This document shows, in pieces, positions 34,160-47,519 of a stretch of DNA of 64,000 bases. The position numbers and the translations under genes are program-made. The stretch covers positions 542,686,001 to 542,750,000 of the forward strand of contig CM097882.1 in assembly GCA_044892505.1 (NCBI GenBank), in the 5' to 3' direction. Numbering within the stretch: position 1 is the stretch's first letter; each line of letters starts with the position of its first letter. The notes under the pieces were generated by a model that was given only the letters and a program-made list of their open reading frames with translations, was not told the origin of the DNA and ran no database searches. The stretch is from Schmidtea nova. Lineage: Eukaryota.

Positions 34160-34308
34160 CTCATAATGACTATAGATCAAAATTTTTTTTTATAAACAAT
34201 AACACAATATTTCGGCACAGCCTTTATCACACTTTATACACACTTGATAAAGGCTGTGCCGAAATATTGTGTTATTGTTTATAAAAAAAAATTTTGATCT
34301 ATAGTCAT
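34160..34308. repeat. Hairpin of the PLE 3' repeat, 15-nt spacer (34230-34244), with hammerhead-like motif at 34237-34277
   Basis: ttcggcacagcctttatca ... tgataaaggctgtgccgaa. Confidence 0.85.
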
Positions 34309-34493
34309 NNNNNNNNNNNNNNNNNNNNNNNNNNNNNNNNNNNNNNNNNNNNNNNNNNNNNNNNNNNNNNNNNNNNNNNNNNNNNNNNNNNNNNNNNNNN
34401 NNNNNNNNNNNNNNNNNNNNNNNNNNNNNNNNNNNNNNNNNNNNNNNNNNNNNNNNNNNNNNNNNNNNNNNNNNNNNNNNNNNNNNNNNNNAG

Positions 34494-34619
34494 AAAAAAT
34501 CTCAGAAAATTCATACTATGAATTAACCTGTGAACATTTGATATCTCATCGCATTATCATTTATAAAGCAAGTTTGACATTACATAAGAAAATTTCATCC
34601 AGTGTGAAACTTGTTTCAA
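34494..34619 (+). CDS. Host gene exon C: N-terminal half of SUEL-like domain 2
   Basis: ag| phase 1; KISENSYYELTCEHLISHRIIIYKASL...; donor a|gtaatt, phase 1. The pyrimidine tract is masked by Ns. Confidence 0.5.
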
Positions 34620-36099
34620 GTAATTTAATTATTTTTTTTATTATTTATAAATAAAATGTTTTTCTAAAAATCATATTTTCATTTATTTTGAAAACAATTT
34701 TTTACACTTGAAAATTAGAACAAAATAAAATAAAATCCTTTAGATATTATCTTTGCGAAGACCATTTCTCAACAATTCTTTCTGCCGTCAATTTAACTTT
34801 CCTAAAAACTGATCAATTTTTACCTTCTTTTCAAAAACATACAAAACATATTTTGACAGAAGAACTGTGTTGAAATCAGGCGTGACAAAATATTGTCGAC
34901 AAACTACATACCGTAAAAAATTTGTACAACCTTACATCTTATGTAAATGTCATGAATGTCATGATTATACAAATTAGTTTGATGTTGACATGAAAGAAAA
35001 TGAAAATGCATTTTAAAATTAAAATGAAAATTAAATGAAATATTGATATATAAGTGTGATTAGGGATAAAATTATTTTCAAACGAAAAAAATAATGAAAA
35101 AGAGTTATGAAAAAGTATATAAGTTTTTTATAAAATTAATAAATGATTAATTTCTCAAATTTCTATTTTGGAAACAGGTTAGATTAGATCAACTAAAATG
35201 GACAGATTGTTTGAAAAAACGTTTAGGAGGGTACACTAAACAATCCAATGAAAAAATATATAATTTTTTTATTAATTCACTAGGTATGTGATTTACTTTA
35301 TAATGTTTTATGATTATCTACTGGTTATTATACGAATTGTATGTAAATTTTATAAAATAATAAATAATATTGGATTTTATTAATTTTTATTTAAAAGATT
35401 TTTATTTTATTTAAAAAATTCACAATTTAGGCTTCTAAGATTATTATGATACTGAATAATATGGTAAAGAATCTTTTAGACATGATTCTTTAAAGGACTG
35501 AAATCTCAAAATCATGGTTTTCTATAATTATAAGGAGCACTGTATAATTAAACGCATGTTTTTCCTACTTTCTAATAATTACAAAAAAGTTTTGTAGTAA
35601 GCAAAATATTTTATTCATTTTCACGTTGAACACAGAGAATTACTCATACAAATAATAGAGCTGTTCAAATATCCCAGATTAAAGCCCATTAAATTAACAT
35701 TAAATATAAAAATTTTAAACAACTATATATATATATATATATATATATTATTTTAAAAGAATAAAGTTTTCCAAGTTATTATTACTAAAGTTTGTACTTA
35801 GTCAACAAACCAATTATTTATTAGAATGTGTCTCAAACACTAATAAAACCTCTCCCATAGCAGTCAAGGGCCTTGGTTTACCCCATGATCAGATGCTGTT
35901 ATAGAGGTTGATTATAAATAATAATAACCTTAATTATTTTACTGTGATTTATAAAAAATACTAAATGACGGTGATTTTTAGATGTTGTTTATTTTGAGTC
36001 GGTTTCTTATCTGACTCCTCGTGCTCCTATAATTTTATATCATCAAAATCCAACATAATAAATTTTATTGAATTCCACAATTTAAAAACGATAAATTAA

Positions 36100-36650
36100 T
36101 ACAATTTCATTTTATTTACTGCAAAACACTCAGCACTCTTTATTCAAACGATAGGAGTAGGTCTACCAAGAATAGATTGTCTTTTCTGGCACGCTTCACA
36201 TTTTCATTTGCTAATGTTGGGTTCCGCACTTTCTACGTTTTACTCGCCAAATTTGTTTTTCTCTTTATTTTACTACACCTGACAATTATTTCGCTTCGAC
36301 CTTGTTGTTGTTATGCATCTCTTTTAGTCTTCTCCTAATAACAATATAATAGGATTTTACAACAATTTTCCATTAATTGTATTTTAACTCTTGTGATCTA
36401 ATTGTTCTGATGGAAACAAGGTTAAATTAAATTAACCTAGGCAATAATCCTTTTAGACCTGTGACAATTAGATTTCACATCCCATTACTCCAGGTTTCCA
36501 TTGTGTTTGGGCTTCCTACATAACTAATAAGTTTTTTCATTAATTTCTAGGGACTCTATTTGTTATTTTATTATCATATTTGTACTCGTCTCCACATTTG
36601 CCACCCACATATACCAATTTTCATTGCACAAATGTCAATTTTTAATTTTC
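36100..36650 (-). mobile_element. piggyBac-like transposase C-terminal remnant
   Basis: RSKRNNCQV...CEACQK resembles the Cys-rich tail; heavily decayed. Confidence 0.35.
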
Positions 36651-37079
36651 TTAATTTTTATTTAATTTTTGTACTAATTTATAAATTGTGAATTTAACAT
36701 TTTTCAGTTTTTTTATTGATTTGCCCTCAATCCCCCGCACACTCTCGTCTCATGTTGCACCGCTTTAGACGAGCCTCGACGTATTCATTTTGTGAGCTTG
36801 TTTATGGTGGAGCGTATCCTGATTAATCTTTTACTTACTCATCTTTAGTAACTACGCTTCAATGGTTTTCTCTCAATAAATTAGTTAAAGAATTTATATA
36901 AAGCAGTGTTTTATAGACTTTTTTTTCTTTTCGGAACGATTTAGAGCATTTGTAATTTCCTGGTAGTACAGTGTATATCTGAAAATTTTTGTGTTAAAAT
37001 ATAAGTAGTACTCCAATTATGTGTAAAAATTATTTTTTTTTGTCTTTGATTTATTTATAATAGTATTGCATTACTTTGC

Positions 37080-39868
37080 TTTTTTGATTATAAATCTTAC
37101 TTCAACAATATCCTTTGATCATTAAAATGGATGCATTAAAACGTTTCTCTTAAACAATCAAGTGTCAACGCATTGCGTTCAGCTCCAATGTCCCCGTCTA
37201 CAGTAATACGGCTGTTTTGTTAATAATTTTCAACATATTTAAAACACAAATGATCTCAGATTCTTCGGCTGTATGTTTCTGATTCTCATCGAAATAAGCG
37301 GTAACTGTTACAACAACTTATTTTACTGCTTGATTTTAGTATGCTTCTATTAGGTATTTTAATTCTTTTTATAATACTTCATTCTTTTTTATCCTTAACA
37401 GTATCACAAATCAATCATTTCTGTTCTGTAAATGTTATGAAACCAAAGGTGACGTGGTTCCTTTGAAATGTTGCAATGATTTTAACTTTTCCATGTTGAA
37501 ATACTTTGACATAAAAAGAGGTACTCAAAGATTAATACTCATAACATGTTCAGATAAATGAAAGAAGATAAAATTTTGGTTGAGAAAAGTTACTTAAACT
37601 AACAAATGTTAACCAAAATCGAACGTTGTTATTGTGTATATAATGATGTTTTGTCGTGACTGCAGCTTCCTGAACTCGGTGTGTAATTTATATTTTTTAT
37701 TAACAAGTCAATAGGTTCATCCAAGGTAATGAGCGCAGAAGCCCATCACATATATGGAATTCCCAAGAAATTCAAAGGCTCAAATCAAATGTGACTTTGC
37801 CCTAAACTGCTGGAAAATTCGGCAAGAAGAAAAACGTCAAGTTTAAGATAGACCATCATATAGTCAAAAAGAGTTTGACATTGATACCCTCTAAATCATC
37901 AATGTCTTGTCACAATCGGCTTGAGTAATACCTTCCCAGTTTGATGGTAATTCGCAAGTGTTGTTAAGAATTTCTAAAGACGTGGCAAAATTATAAGGAA
38001 AAATATCCTTAAAATCAACAATAGTCCCGGTGAATTCTGATCGAGTCAAAGTCAAACAAGTAAGAGTCTTAACAGCGTCATTTAAGCTGGGATTAACAAA
38101 CTGAAAAGAATCGATGAATTTATTGGTTTAATCACTGACCCTTGCAGACAATGTAAAGAATCTTTCACTAGTTGTTAGAATGCAAGCAATTCTCCAAGTT
38201 GTAAAATCAGCAAACCATATTTAAGAATATGATGCAAGTTATAGCATTTTAAATTATGAAAAATAACAGGCAAGAACTTGTATAATTACATGTATTACAA
38301 GCAGCTCCCAAAGATTCACCAGTGTAGTGATCATAGTCTCTAACTGGTCGTACTAACGTTTTCTATCAAAGATAACAAATAGTAGCTTATGAAAAAGCTT
38401 GTTGATTGGTCCAAGTCATAAAAAGAGGTTTCTTGTAGTTATTTTTGTAAAAGGATAAACAATAGTTTCAGACAAGTAACTAATTTCAGTAAGAGCATTA
38501 GTCACACAATCAAGACCTAAGAAAGTATTTTAAATCTTTTCGTCAGTGAAATTATTTACAAGTTAAACACCGGCAGAGATAGGGATATGTCTTTGAAAAT
38601 ATTTATCAATTGCAGGTAAGATTGCCTCCAAATCGGCGTAAATAACAACAGGTGGGGTAATTGTTTTGCCCAAATTACTAAATTGTAAATTTTTATTTCT
38701 AGGCTGAGTATAAAGAGTTGTGCCCAATGGACGTTTAGCCCAAAACTGTCGATGTTTGAAAACTTCTGGGTTTGTCAAGGAATCAAGAAAAGCATCCTCA
38801 ACATTAATAGCAAGTCCGGGATTTCTAGCCTCAAATTTCAGAATATTACAAAGTCTCATTGGAAAATCAGAAGGGTCAAAGTTAAGATCAGAAAGATTAT
38901 AATTATTGCCCTATTTCTATTATTTTCTATTTCATCATATTTTAAAATAGCCAAAATGCTATAAATAAAACACAATTCATTAGAATTTCTTAAATTTACA
39001 TTACAATGTTTAAGTTGAAGAAGTTGAGGGATTTCAATATGTCCAGGCTCGCTCAATCAACTAATTTTGGCAAATTTAGTCAAAACAAAATGAATTTCAT
39101 TAACTTAATGGTCCAATTGCTGCCCTTATCATTAATTAAAACTATTATTTTCATTTAAAAGAGCCATGCCCTCATCTAAAAAGGTAACACTCAATTTGTC
39201 TTGCAAAGTTTGAAATGATGAATGATTGAAATTCACCATCTTTTTCAAATTCTACGTCAATACAAAATTGTAATTGGACAGACGCCATCTCAGTAATTAA
39301 TTGATTTAATTTATCGATTAACATTTCGGGTAACACTAAAGTTTTTAACTTTAAATTTACAACAATGTCACAATGGCATGAGACTTCAACAAGTCATATT
39401 TGACGCTGGGAAAATTAGGAACAAGAAAACCACCATATTGAACATCTATGGTGGCTTCGTGATCAGAAAGAATAACTATATCAGAAGGAACAATATCGTC
39501 GTCAGAAAGAATGACTATTTCGTCATCACTTAAGTAAATTATCTCATTTGATTTAAATTTCTTATTTGGGGTGGGACCACAGATTCTATTTTTTCTTTCA
39601 TTTTTAAAAATGATTTTATTATTATTATTAATAAAATCATTATTACCAGATGGTAATTTAAAAATAGATTTTTTCTATGTTTGAAATTGAATCAGGTGAA
39701 CCTTATGATTACTATAAAAGTCACTATACGATGAAAGACTAGTCATTTTACAAAAAGGGAAAATTAGGTAAGTGATGCGATTATAGGTGTGTGAATAATA
39801 CATTTCCATCGACTCGTAACAATTTTCATCATGAATCGAGGAATTACAATATGAGCGATATAATGCAC
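37080..39868 (-). pseudogene. pPolB of copy 2
   Basis: NVNLRNSNELCFIYSILAIL; VIYADLEAIL; DHDHYTG; KGYFPYNF; YLKLDVFLLAE. The 3' limit is approximate. Confidence 0.85.
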
Positions 39869-39900
39869 CTGTAAACGAAAGAATTATTAAAAAAATATGC

Positions 39901-39901
<1 letters not shown>

Positions 39902-39965
<64 letters not shown>
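39902..39965. repeat. (TA)n microsatellite; others at ~35725-35750, 45556-45590, 47467-47495
   Basis: Read directly from the sequence. Confidence 0.95.
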
Positions 39966-39969
<4 letters not shown>

Positions 39970-40073
39970 AATCAATTATCATACATAAAGTGTGTATATA
40001 CATACATAAATATTAATAAATAAATATCGGTTAAAATGTTAAATGATTTAATAAAATATAGATTTCGTTAAAA

Positions 40074-40547
40074 ATGTATCAACTTAAAAGTAAGTTTAAT
40101 TATCTTAAAATGATTATTTTAGGATCGAACAATAAGAGCAAACAAGAAATAATGAAAATTATTCTTGAAGAAAATTCTATTTTGGCAGCGAATCTGGTCA
40201 GAAATCCGGAAGTACAATTTCTTCAATACTCAATAGAATATTTGAAATTTCCAATCATTTATTCATTTAAAGTATATATTTATTTACTAAAAATCAATTT
40301 TTAATGTTTTCGATTTAGAAACCTGTTACATTGAAACAATGCATGAAAATTTTCAAGTGGAAAAAATTGGTGAAATTGATAGAAGAAATATTTAAGATAT
40401 TTTGTTAGCAATCAATAAAGATTGTAATTTAGAAAATCATGAAGAAAATTCAATGTATCAAATCAAGATAATGATACAAAGTTTTGAAGAATCAAACAAT
40501 GTAGCAAGACTAGTTTGGCAGACTATAGAATCAAATTTATATGAATA
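40074..40547 (+). pseudogene. Possible small spliced gene inside copy 2 (33- and 47-nt intron candidates)
   Basis: a|gtaag...ttttag|ga and |gtatat...tttag|; the last exon has an internal stop and a phase mismatch. Confidence 0.3.
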
Positions 40548-41274
40548 AACTTTATTTATCAAATCTTTTCATTGCAAATCTTTATTGAATTATTTTTATG
40601 ATTATTTAGTAACAAGTAATAATTATTTAAAGTGACATTTTAAAAATTATATAATTGATATTATTAACATGTATTTTAAAATAATAATGATTTATTTATA
40701 AGTAATAATTAATTAAAGTGTTAATTATTAAATTGTTATTATTCAAATAGTTTAAAGTGACATTTTAAAAATTATATAATTGATATTGACTGAATAGTCT
40801 ATTTAACTTTATAAATTCAAATTCAAATTAAATAAATATTCAATTAATTTGAATATAAATTTACAAAGTTAAATATTATTAACATGTATTTTAAAATAAT
40901 AATGATTTATTTACAAGTAATAATTAATTAAAGTGATATTTATTAAATTGATATTATTTAAATAGTTTATTTAACTTTATAAATTTAAATTCTAAATAAA
41001 TATAAAAATTTTTAATAAAACTTTTGAAATAAAATATTAGCTTACCAAAATTGGGATTAAGTAAAAAGTGATTTTGAAATGAATTTTTCGTTTATATACA
41101 TTACTATTACATGATACACAAGACATCAATGAAACCATGGACACACTCGTGCACATAAATTAAAATACCGTAATATTAAACAAAACAAATTGAAATAAAA
41201 TTGAAAAAAATATGAACTAAAAATAATACAATTTTTTACAATACAAACAATTATTTATTAAACATTTTTATTAA

Positions 41275-41621
41275 CCACACTATACAGTGCTGAACACATG
41301 TTTGTCATTGGATTCTGGTATCGAATTCTGTTATGTTCAATTGGCATCAACATTGAAGAAAGTTTTTTTTATCTATAACGGCCTATAGTAAAATCTCATT
41401 GAATCAAATAAGTGTATTTTATCGGGTTCAATCCAATGTTCAGCATTAAGATTTGATGATTGAGTATTTACAATCAAAGCTTTGTTCACATCAATATATG
41501 GAATTTTATCCAACAGAAAAACATCAAAAAATTCCGATCCCAAAAATTTTTGAGTAAAATATTCAATCTGAATAGAACAATTAAAAATAAAAATTTAAAT
41601 TAAATTAAAATCTTATTTCAT
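41275..41621 (-). pseudogene. Adenain-like protease of copy 2 with a decayed 39-nt intron (41578-41616)
   Basis: MN|SIQIEYFTQKFLGSEFFDVFLLDKIP; splice sites read ATAAG and TTG. Confidence 0.75.
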
Positions 41622-41649
41622 TTGATGTTAAATTTTATTCAAATTAGTT

Positions 41650-43440
41650 TATAAATAATAATGATTGAACAATCCAATAATATTCCATTCAAACCAATAT
41701 TGTACGATTAGCTGTTTTTTCATTTCCTTTTCAAAAACTCGACATACAATTACAGAAGATGATTCAGTCAATGGTGTACCAAACTTAATACCAAGTCTTA
41801 GATTACTCTGTTGAGGTAATTGACTTGGATTTAGATCAAAGTCTGGGGTCAAAACGAAGGTGAAAAATGGATTTTTGGTTTCTTAATCGGCTAATGAAAT
41901 ACCAAAATTCATATTTTTATCAAGGTAACCAAGGTTACAGACAATAGATTTTATATAGCTAGTACTACAATTGCATTTTCAAAATCTTGAGAATATTTTT
42001 CACGATAATCACTTCCTTTCGATAAAGTTAAAAATTTTACACTAAAATGATCCTAAATAGAATAAGTATAGGTAAATGAACCACAATGTCTTTTATTTCC
42101 TTGAAATGCAACAAAGATAAAGTTTGGTAATCGTCTATCACCAAAGATTTATTTTTTATAAAATGACGAAGAACCCATTGGCAATGAAAATTCTACAACT
42201 TCCGTATCTTTTATTGAATAAATTACATTTCTTGCACTAAGTCCGATTTTATGTTCAGCCAAAACCTATGGTTCAACTTGTACTCTTTTAACCAATAATT
42301 TTGCCTCTAATAATTCAATTATAGGTCCAACTTTTGTGCTTGTTAAACTACTGGCTGGGTTTGACCTCGTCAATTTAATTTGAAACTAATACCCATTAAT
42401 AAATACTTGGGTTGTTCCATTACATCAAAATGTAATGGAGAACAAATTGAAAATTGTTTTGAGTTTGCAATCCATGTTTTTCTAGTAAAGTCATGTTCAT
42501 TATATCCCACTAGAGTTAAAGATGTGTGTTTTGTATCATAATTGTAGTTGAGAATAGTTTTAATAATGGCTTTTGTGTGTAAATATATCATTTCCCTCTT
42601 CAATTTTAATAAAGTTGAAAATTAATTCAGCTTCTTTAAAAAGAGTTTGGAAAAAGAATTTGTTGGAAATAACATCAGCATCCAATCCCAAAATTTCATC
42701 TCCATCATGATCATATTTATTTATCCAAATTGATTTTTAGAGAGAAACCAATAGATCACCGACAATTATTAGTTAAATAATTTTACTGCAAATGAACATT
42801 TGCTGATGATAAATAAGATTTTCGGTTTACGAATACCATAGACCATATCTCTAAATGTTTGTCTATTCTTAATATTGATCAAGTATTTATCAAATTTAAC
42901 TTTACTAATATTATCCTTGAGAACGAATTTGTACCATTTATCAATCTACCATAGGTTATCACAATTCATTGATAGATATTTAAGTAAATCTTCAAAATTC
43001 ACCAAGATCATCAAGGTTTCTTCAATTTATGCATCATACGATATCATTATTCTGATATCTTCACTAATAGAACTGTTTGAATAAAAAAGTCCACTTTTTG
43101 AATATTCTTCTTCTTCTATACTTACTATTTTAATTTGATTACATCCCGATCGCTTTGTTTCTTTAACATTTTTAAATGAAATTCCGAATGGTATAAAATC
43201 CTAAATAATATTTAACAATCCGTTTGTCAAAACCATGTTACATTGTTGATTTAATTGATGTTTGGGAATATCGTAGATTCTATCAACATTGTTGATAATG
43301 AAAAGAACACTACATGTTTTCGGGAAATCTTGTTATGCAACTTCTCAATTACCATTTAAATAAATTGAATTTTTAAAATTGACAATGGATTTACTGACTT
43401 GTATATCTGGATATATTACCAGACAACTACAACTAGGAAA
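41650..43440 (-). pseudogene. Fused minor capsid (5') / major capsid (3') remnants of copy 2
   Basis: FYTIFPS...; QQMFICS...KSIWINKYDH runs into DADVISNKFFFQTLF...KTILNY...MEQPKYLL...TPDFDLNPSQLPQ. Confidence 0.8.
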
Positions 43441-43449
43441 AATAGTATA

Positions 43450-44519
43450 AAAATTCAGTTTACTAGATTTTTAAGGATATCCATGAAAGATTTTGATATC
43501 TATGCCACTTTATATAGTATTGTTTATCCTTGTCCATCATTTTAGTTTTCAATATTTTTTGAATTATAAATGCAGTCGGTGCTGAAACAACTTGTAATTC
43601 TTAGTCATTACATTTCCCACTAACTTCATTATTGTCATAGTCAGAAATAGCATACATGACAGAATCTTGAATAGTATTAATTTTTGAAATTTTAAATACA
43701 TCATCACTCCAATTGCTATCTAAATTTTTGACGAATGGCAAAGCGCTAATCTTAATAATTTGAACATGATTATCCACTTTATGCTTTAGTTTCTTTACTT
43801 TTACTTAAAAAACTATCGATCAAAAAGGTATCTTTTCATTTATGTGGTGAATGATTATATCTATTAATTATTTTTGGCAATACATTTATCCAAGTTTAGT
43901 TACTTTAAAGCACGAAATACTTTTTGAGTTGATCTCTTAATGTTCGATTAAAACATTCAACATAAGATACTTTAAATTGATAAAGATACCGAGTAATAAT
44001 ATCCCGGCTAAAACTTTTTTGACTTTACTGTTCTAAAATTCTTTATCTAAATTTACAATTAAATATGTAAAATATTAATATTTTCTTACTTAAATCAGTT
44101 TGTAAATTATATGGATGTCCATCTGCAAAATTTATCTTCATTGCTAGCGACATTTCATTACCAGAATTTGTTTTAGTTGGAATTGCACGAGGAAATTTAT
44201 TGAAAACATCAATAAATGTCAAAATATAATTGTATCATTTTTGAATTTTTGAATAGGGATCGTTTTCATTAAATCCATTTGCCACAAATCATTATTATCA
44301 TATGTTTTATATGCTCTTGATGTGAATCGTTTCAATATTTATTTGATTTGAATGTGTGCCAGTTGACCCGATAACCACTTTTGAGTCTTTTCTTTTGAGT
44401 TTTGAACTCTTGTTTAACTTTGCGACCCCACATAAAACTGCAGGATCTTTTCCATTACTACGAGAAGATATAAAATTTAATTTAATATTAGATAAATGTC
44501 TCAAAGGGGTTTGACCCAT
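43450..44519 (-). pseudogene. Integrase of copy 2 with a 43-nt intron (44047-44089)
   Basis: KDPAV; QTDL|KEF split by gtaag...tttag; NWSDDVF; chromodomain remnant YYIKW. Confidence 0.85.
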
Positions 44520-45553
44520 TGTTTATGTCGATGATGATAAAACTAAAGGTAACAGTGTGGCAATAAACCATTATTCTTGTTTAGATACTATTTTAAGAAT
44601 TTGTTTTCGATTTTTAGTATTTAGTAGAGATAGCAATGGTTTTGTTTGTTCAAAACTATTTTTGTTGATTTATCGATATTGATTTTACTTTAGACAACTT
44701 TTACTATAACATCAACTAAATTGTCAATAAATTAGGAAATGATTGAAGAATACTTATTCTTCTAGTACTTGGAACTTTTAACAATGCATCGAAATATAGA
44801 AAACTACGATGTTTTGAAGATTTTATTATTTTTTTCGTTTAAATTATTTTTGGTTTCAAATTATGTGACAAAGTTTTATTGAACTACTTTAATTTTTTTA
44901 TAGATTTAGTTGACCTACTAAAAATATGACCTTAAAATGAACTTAACCTACTTTTGACCTTAAAATAACCTACTTTCTTAATTTTTTAAAAAAGTTTTCC
45001 TTTGGTGGTTTTGACCTATATATGACGAAGACACATCCTACTAGTTATTTTGATGACTTTTATTGATCATAAATTTTTATATTTAAACAAATATTAAAAA
45101 AAAAGTTCATTATATATTTATTTTATTATTATTATTAATATCAATAATTTCCATAATGAATGACTATAGATTATATGTCATTAGTTTGTACAGGTTCTAA
45201 CTTTTGATTTTTTAATATTATTTAATATTTTTAAATTTTTACCCAAAATCTATAGAAATCTTTTTTTTTCACTACTTGTTAAATCGTTTGTTTAAATTTT
45301 TTAAGACTCAGAAATGGATAAAGAGATTTTTGTTTTAATTATTTCAAATACCCATACCAGTTGCTCTAAATTTTAAATTAAGAATCAAATAAAACTAAGA
45401 ATTTTTCACATTGAAGTATCTAAAATGAATCTTTGAAATTATAATTGTAGAGTTATTAAACTTATTGGAAAGAATACAAAAGTGTACAGATTGAAGGAAA
45501 AATTACAAAGGAAGGTATGAGGCTAAAATATGATTTACTTTTGTCTACGAAAG

Positions 45554-45594
<41 letters not shown>

Positions 45595-45816
45595 CCCTAA
45601 GAACAAATCTTTGAATTATGAAATACGTTTTTAAGCCATTTTTGACGAGCTTCTCAATCTTCACTAGGAATTCGTTCCTAAATGATTCCGGAATAAATAA
45701 TTTTATATTAAAACTAATCAAAACTGAAACTTTTGGATTAATCAATCTTATCTTTTCGAATTTCAATTTACTTTCATCAATCATGTGCGATTAATGGGAA
45801 TAATTAAAATTTTCAG

Positions 45817-45966
45817 ACAGAGCAAAGCAAAAAGATTGTTCTCAAGTAGATGTCAGTGCGAATATCAGTGAGACTTGCTCGTTCAAGAGAAGATGCCAAG
45901 CTGGTCCCAATGAATTATTTAGCGGAGATTGCGAAAAGAGGCAACTGGTGTTGCAATACGCATGTG
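45817..45966 (+). CDS. Host gene exon D: C-terminal half of SUEL-like domain 2
   Basis: ttttcag| phase 1; DCSQVDVSANISETCSFKRRCQAGPNELFSGDCEKRQLVLQYAC; donor g|gtaag. Confidence 0.7.
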
Positions 45967-46577
45967 GTAAGATTGAGAAATATTATTGCTGCTGATCTAT
46001 TGGAATATATTTATCATTGATAACGAATGAGAGCCAAGTCTTGTCCGTAGATTAATCCTAATTGCTCGTAATAGAAAATTAGTTTTGACAAATTTAGCGA
46101 AAATTTCATATTGATTTTCAATATTGATTATGCTTATCACGGAAAATGGAATTGAATTTTTGGAATTGAAATTTAATTCTTTTGATCTTATTCAAATTTC
46201 CTAAATTAAAGTGCTAATATTCTGGCTCCGAAATATATCATAAATATTTATCTAGGACTGGATGATAAATCAATTTATATAAGAAATTTATTATTTATGA
46301 CATTACTCTATTATTTTNNNNNNNNNNNNNNNNNNNNNNNNNNNNNNNNNNNNNNNNNNNNNNNNNNNNNNNNNNNNNNNNNNNNNNNNNNNNNNNNNNN
46401 NNNNNNNNNNNNNNNNNNNNNNNNNNNNNNNNNNNNNNNNNNNNNNNNNNNNNNNAATATCCAGAAAGAAGTGAAAAGTCAATTGGAATTTCGCATTGGA
46501 GTGATCAGGTTCTTTTTAAAATCGAAATATTTCATTTAAATAAACATTGCGGAGAAGGCCTACTATTGTTACCTTAT

Positions 46578-46643
<66 letters not shown>

Positions 46644-47481
46644 GCAATAAAAAGCGCAAATTCAACACTTTATTCATTATTTTATTTATATTATAGCTTA
46701 TTTTTTCAAGTCTTAATTAATTACAAAATATGTTAAATATATTTAAATGAAAAATTATTTTATTACATTAATAAAAAAAATTATATTGTTATTTATCTTA
46801 ATTATATAAAGTTTTCTTTAGAAAAGATTATTTTTTTTATATAAATGTAAATTTTTTCAAATAGTTAAAAAAGAGCGTCAATGCAATACAGAAAATAATA
46901 ATATGGTTGATTGATAAATAAATACGCATATACACCATTTCTTTATCCGATTTACTACAAGGAGAGACTTTTGAGTGTAAACTAGACAGGTTTAAATAGA
47001 TCCGATACATTTATTTGTATCAGTCTACTTGCTGTTCTAGTTGACCCAGTGCATTTGACTGCATGTCACAAATGTATGTATATGTTATGCATGTCTTTGA
47101 TGCTCTACACATTTCTCTGCTCATAGCAGATTCATAGCAGGAATAAATAAAAAGTATTTGAATTAATCGAATCGTAAGTGAAAGAATCAATATATTTCCT
47201 GGGAAATAAATTGGACACAGATGACAATTGAAAAATAAGATCATGTAATATAATTTTAAATTGAAAGGTTCCAAGGTGTAAATTCAAAAATACAAATTTA
47301 TTAATTAATTTGTTTACGTCATCAATCTTTGCAATTTATAAAGCATAATACAATTTTTACATTCAATAGATTAAATGTTGTTATACGTAGGATAAGGAGA
47401 AATTTTAACTTCCTTGTGAAAACTTTAGACGGGAATTCTTTGCTACAATTGTTGGAAGGCTTCCTTATGTTCCTTGTGTAA

Positions 47482-47519
<38 letters not shown>

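Larger units (their letters stand above)
36900..45042 (-). mobile_element. Second Polinton-like element, heavily decayed; right end retained, left end not found
   Basis: Right terminus gacacatcctact; gene order as in copy 1 (integrase, mCP, MCP, protease, pPolB); ATPase and TBP-like genes absent. Confidence 0.85.

Noticed and set aside
36950-37035. Possible GIY-YIG remnant (YIGSTT-like) beyond copy 2 pPolB
   Set aside because: Needs frameshifts to read; too short to support.
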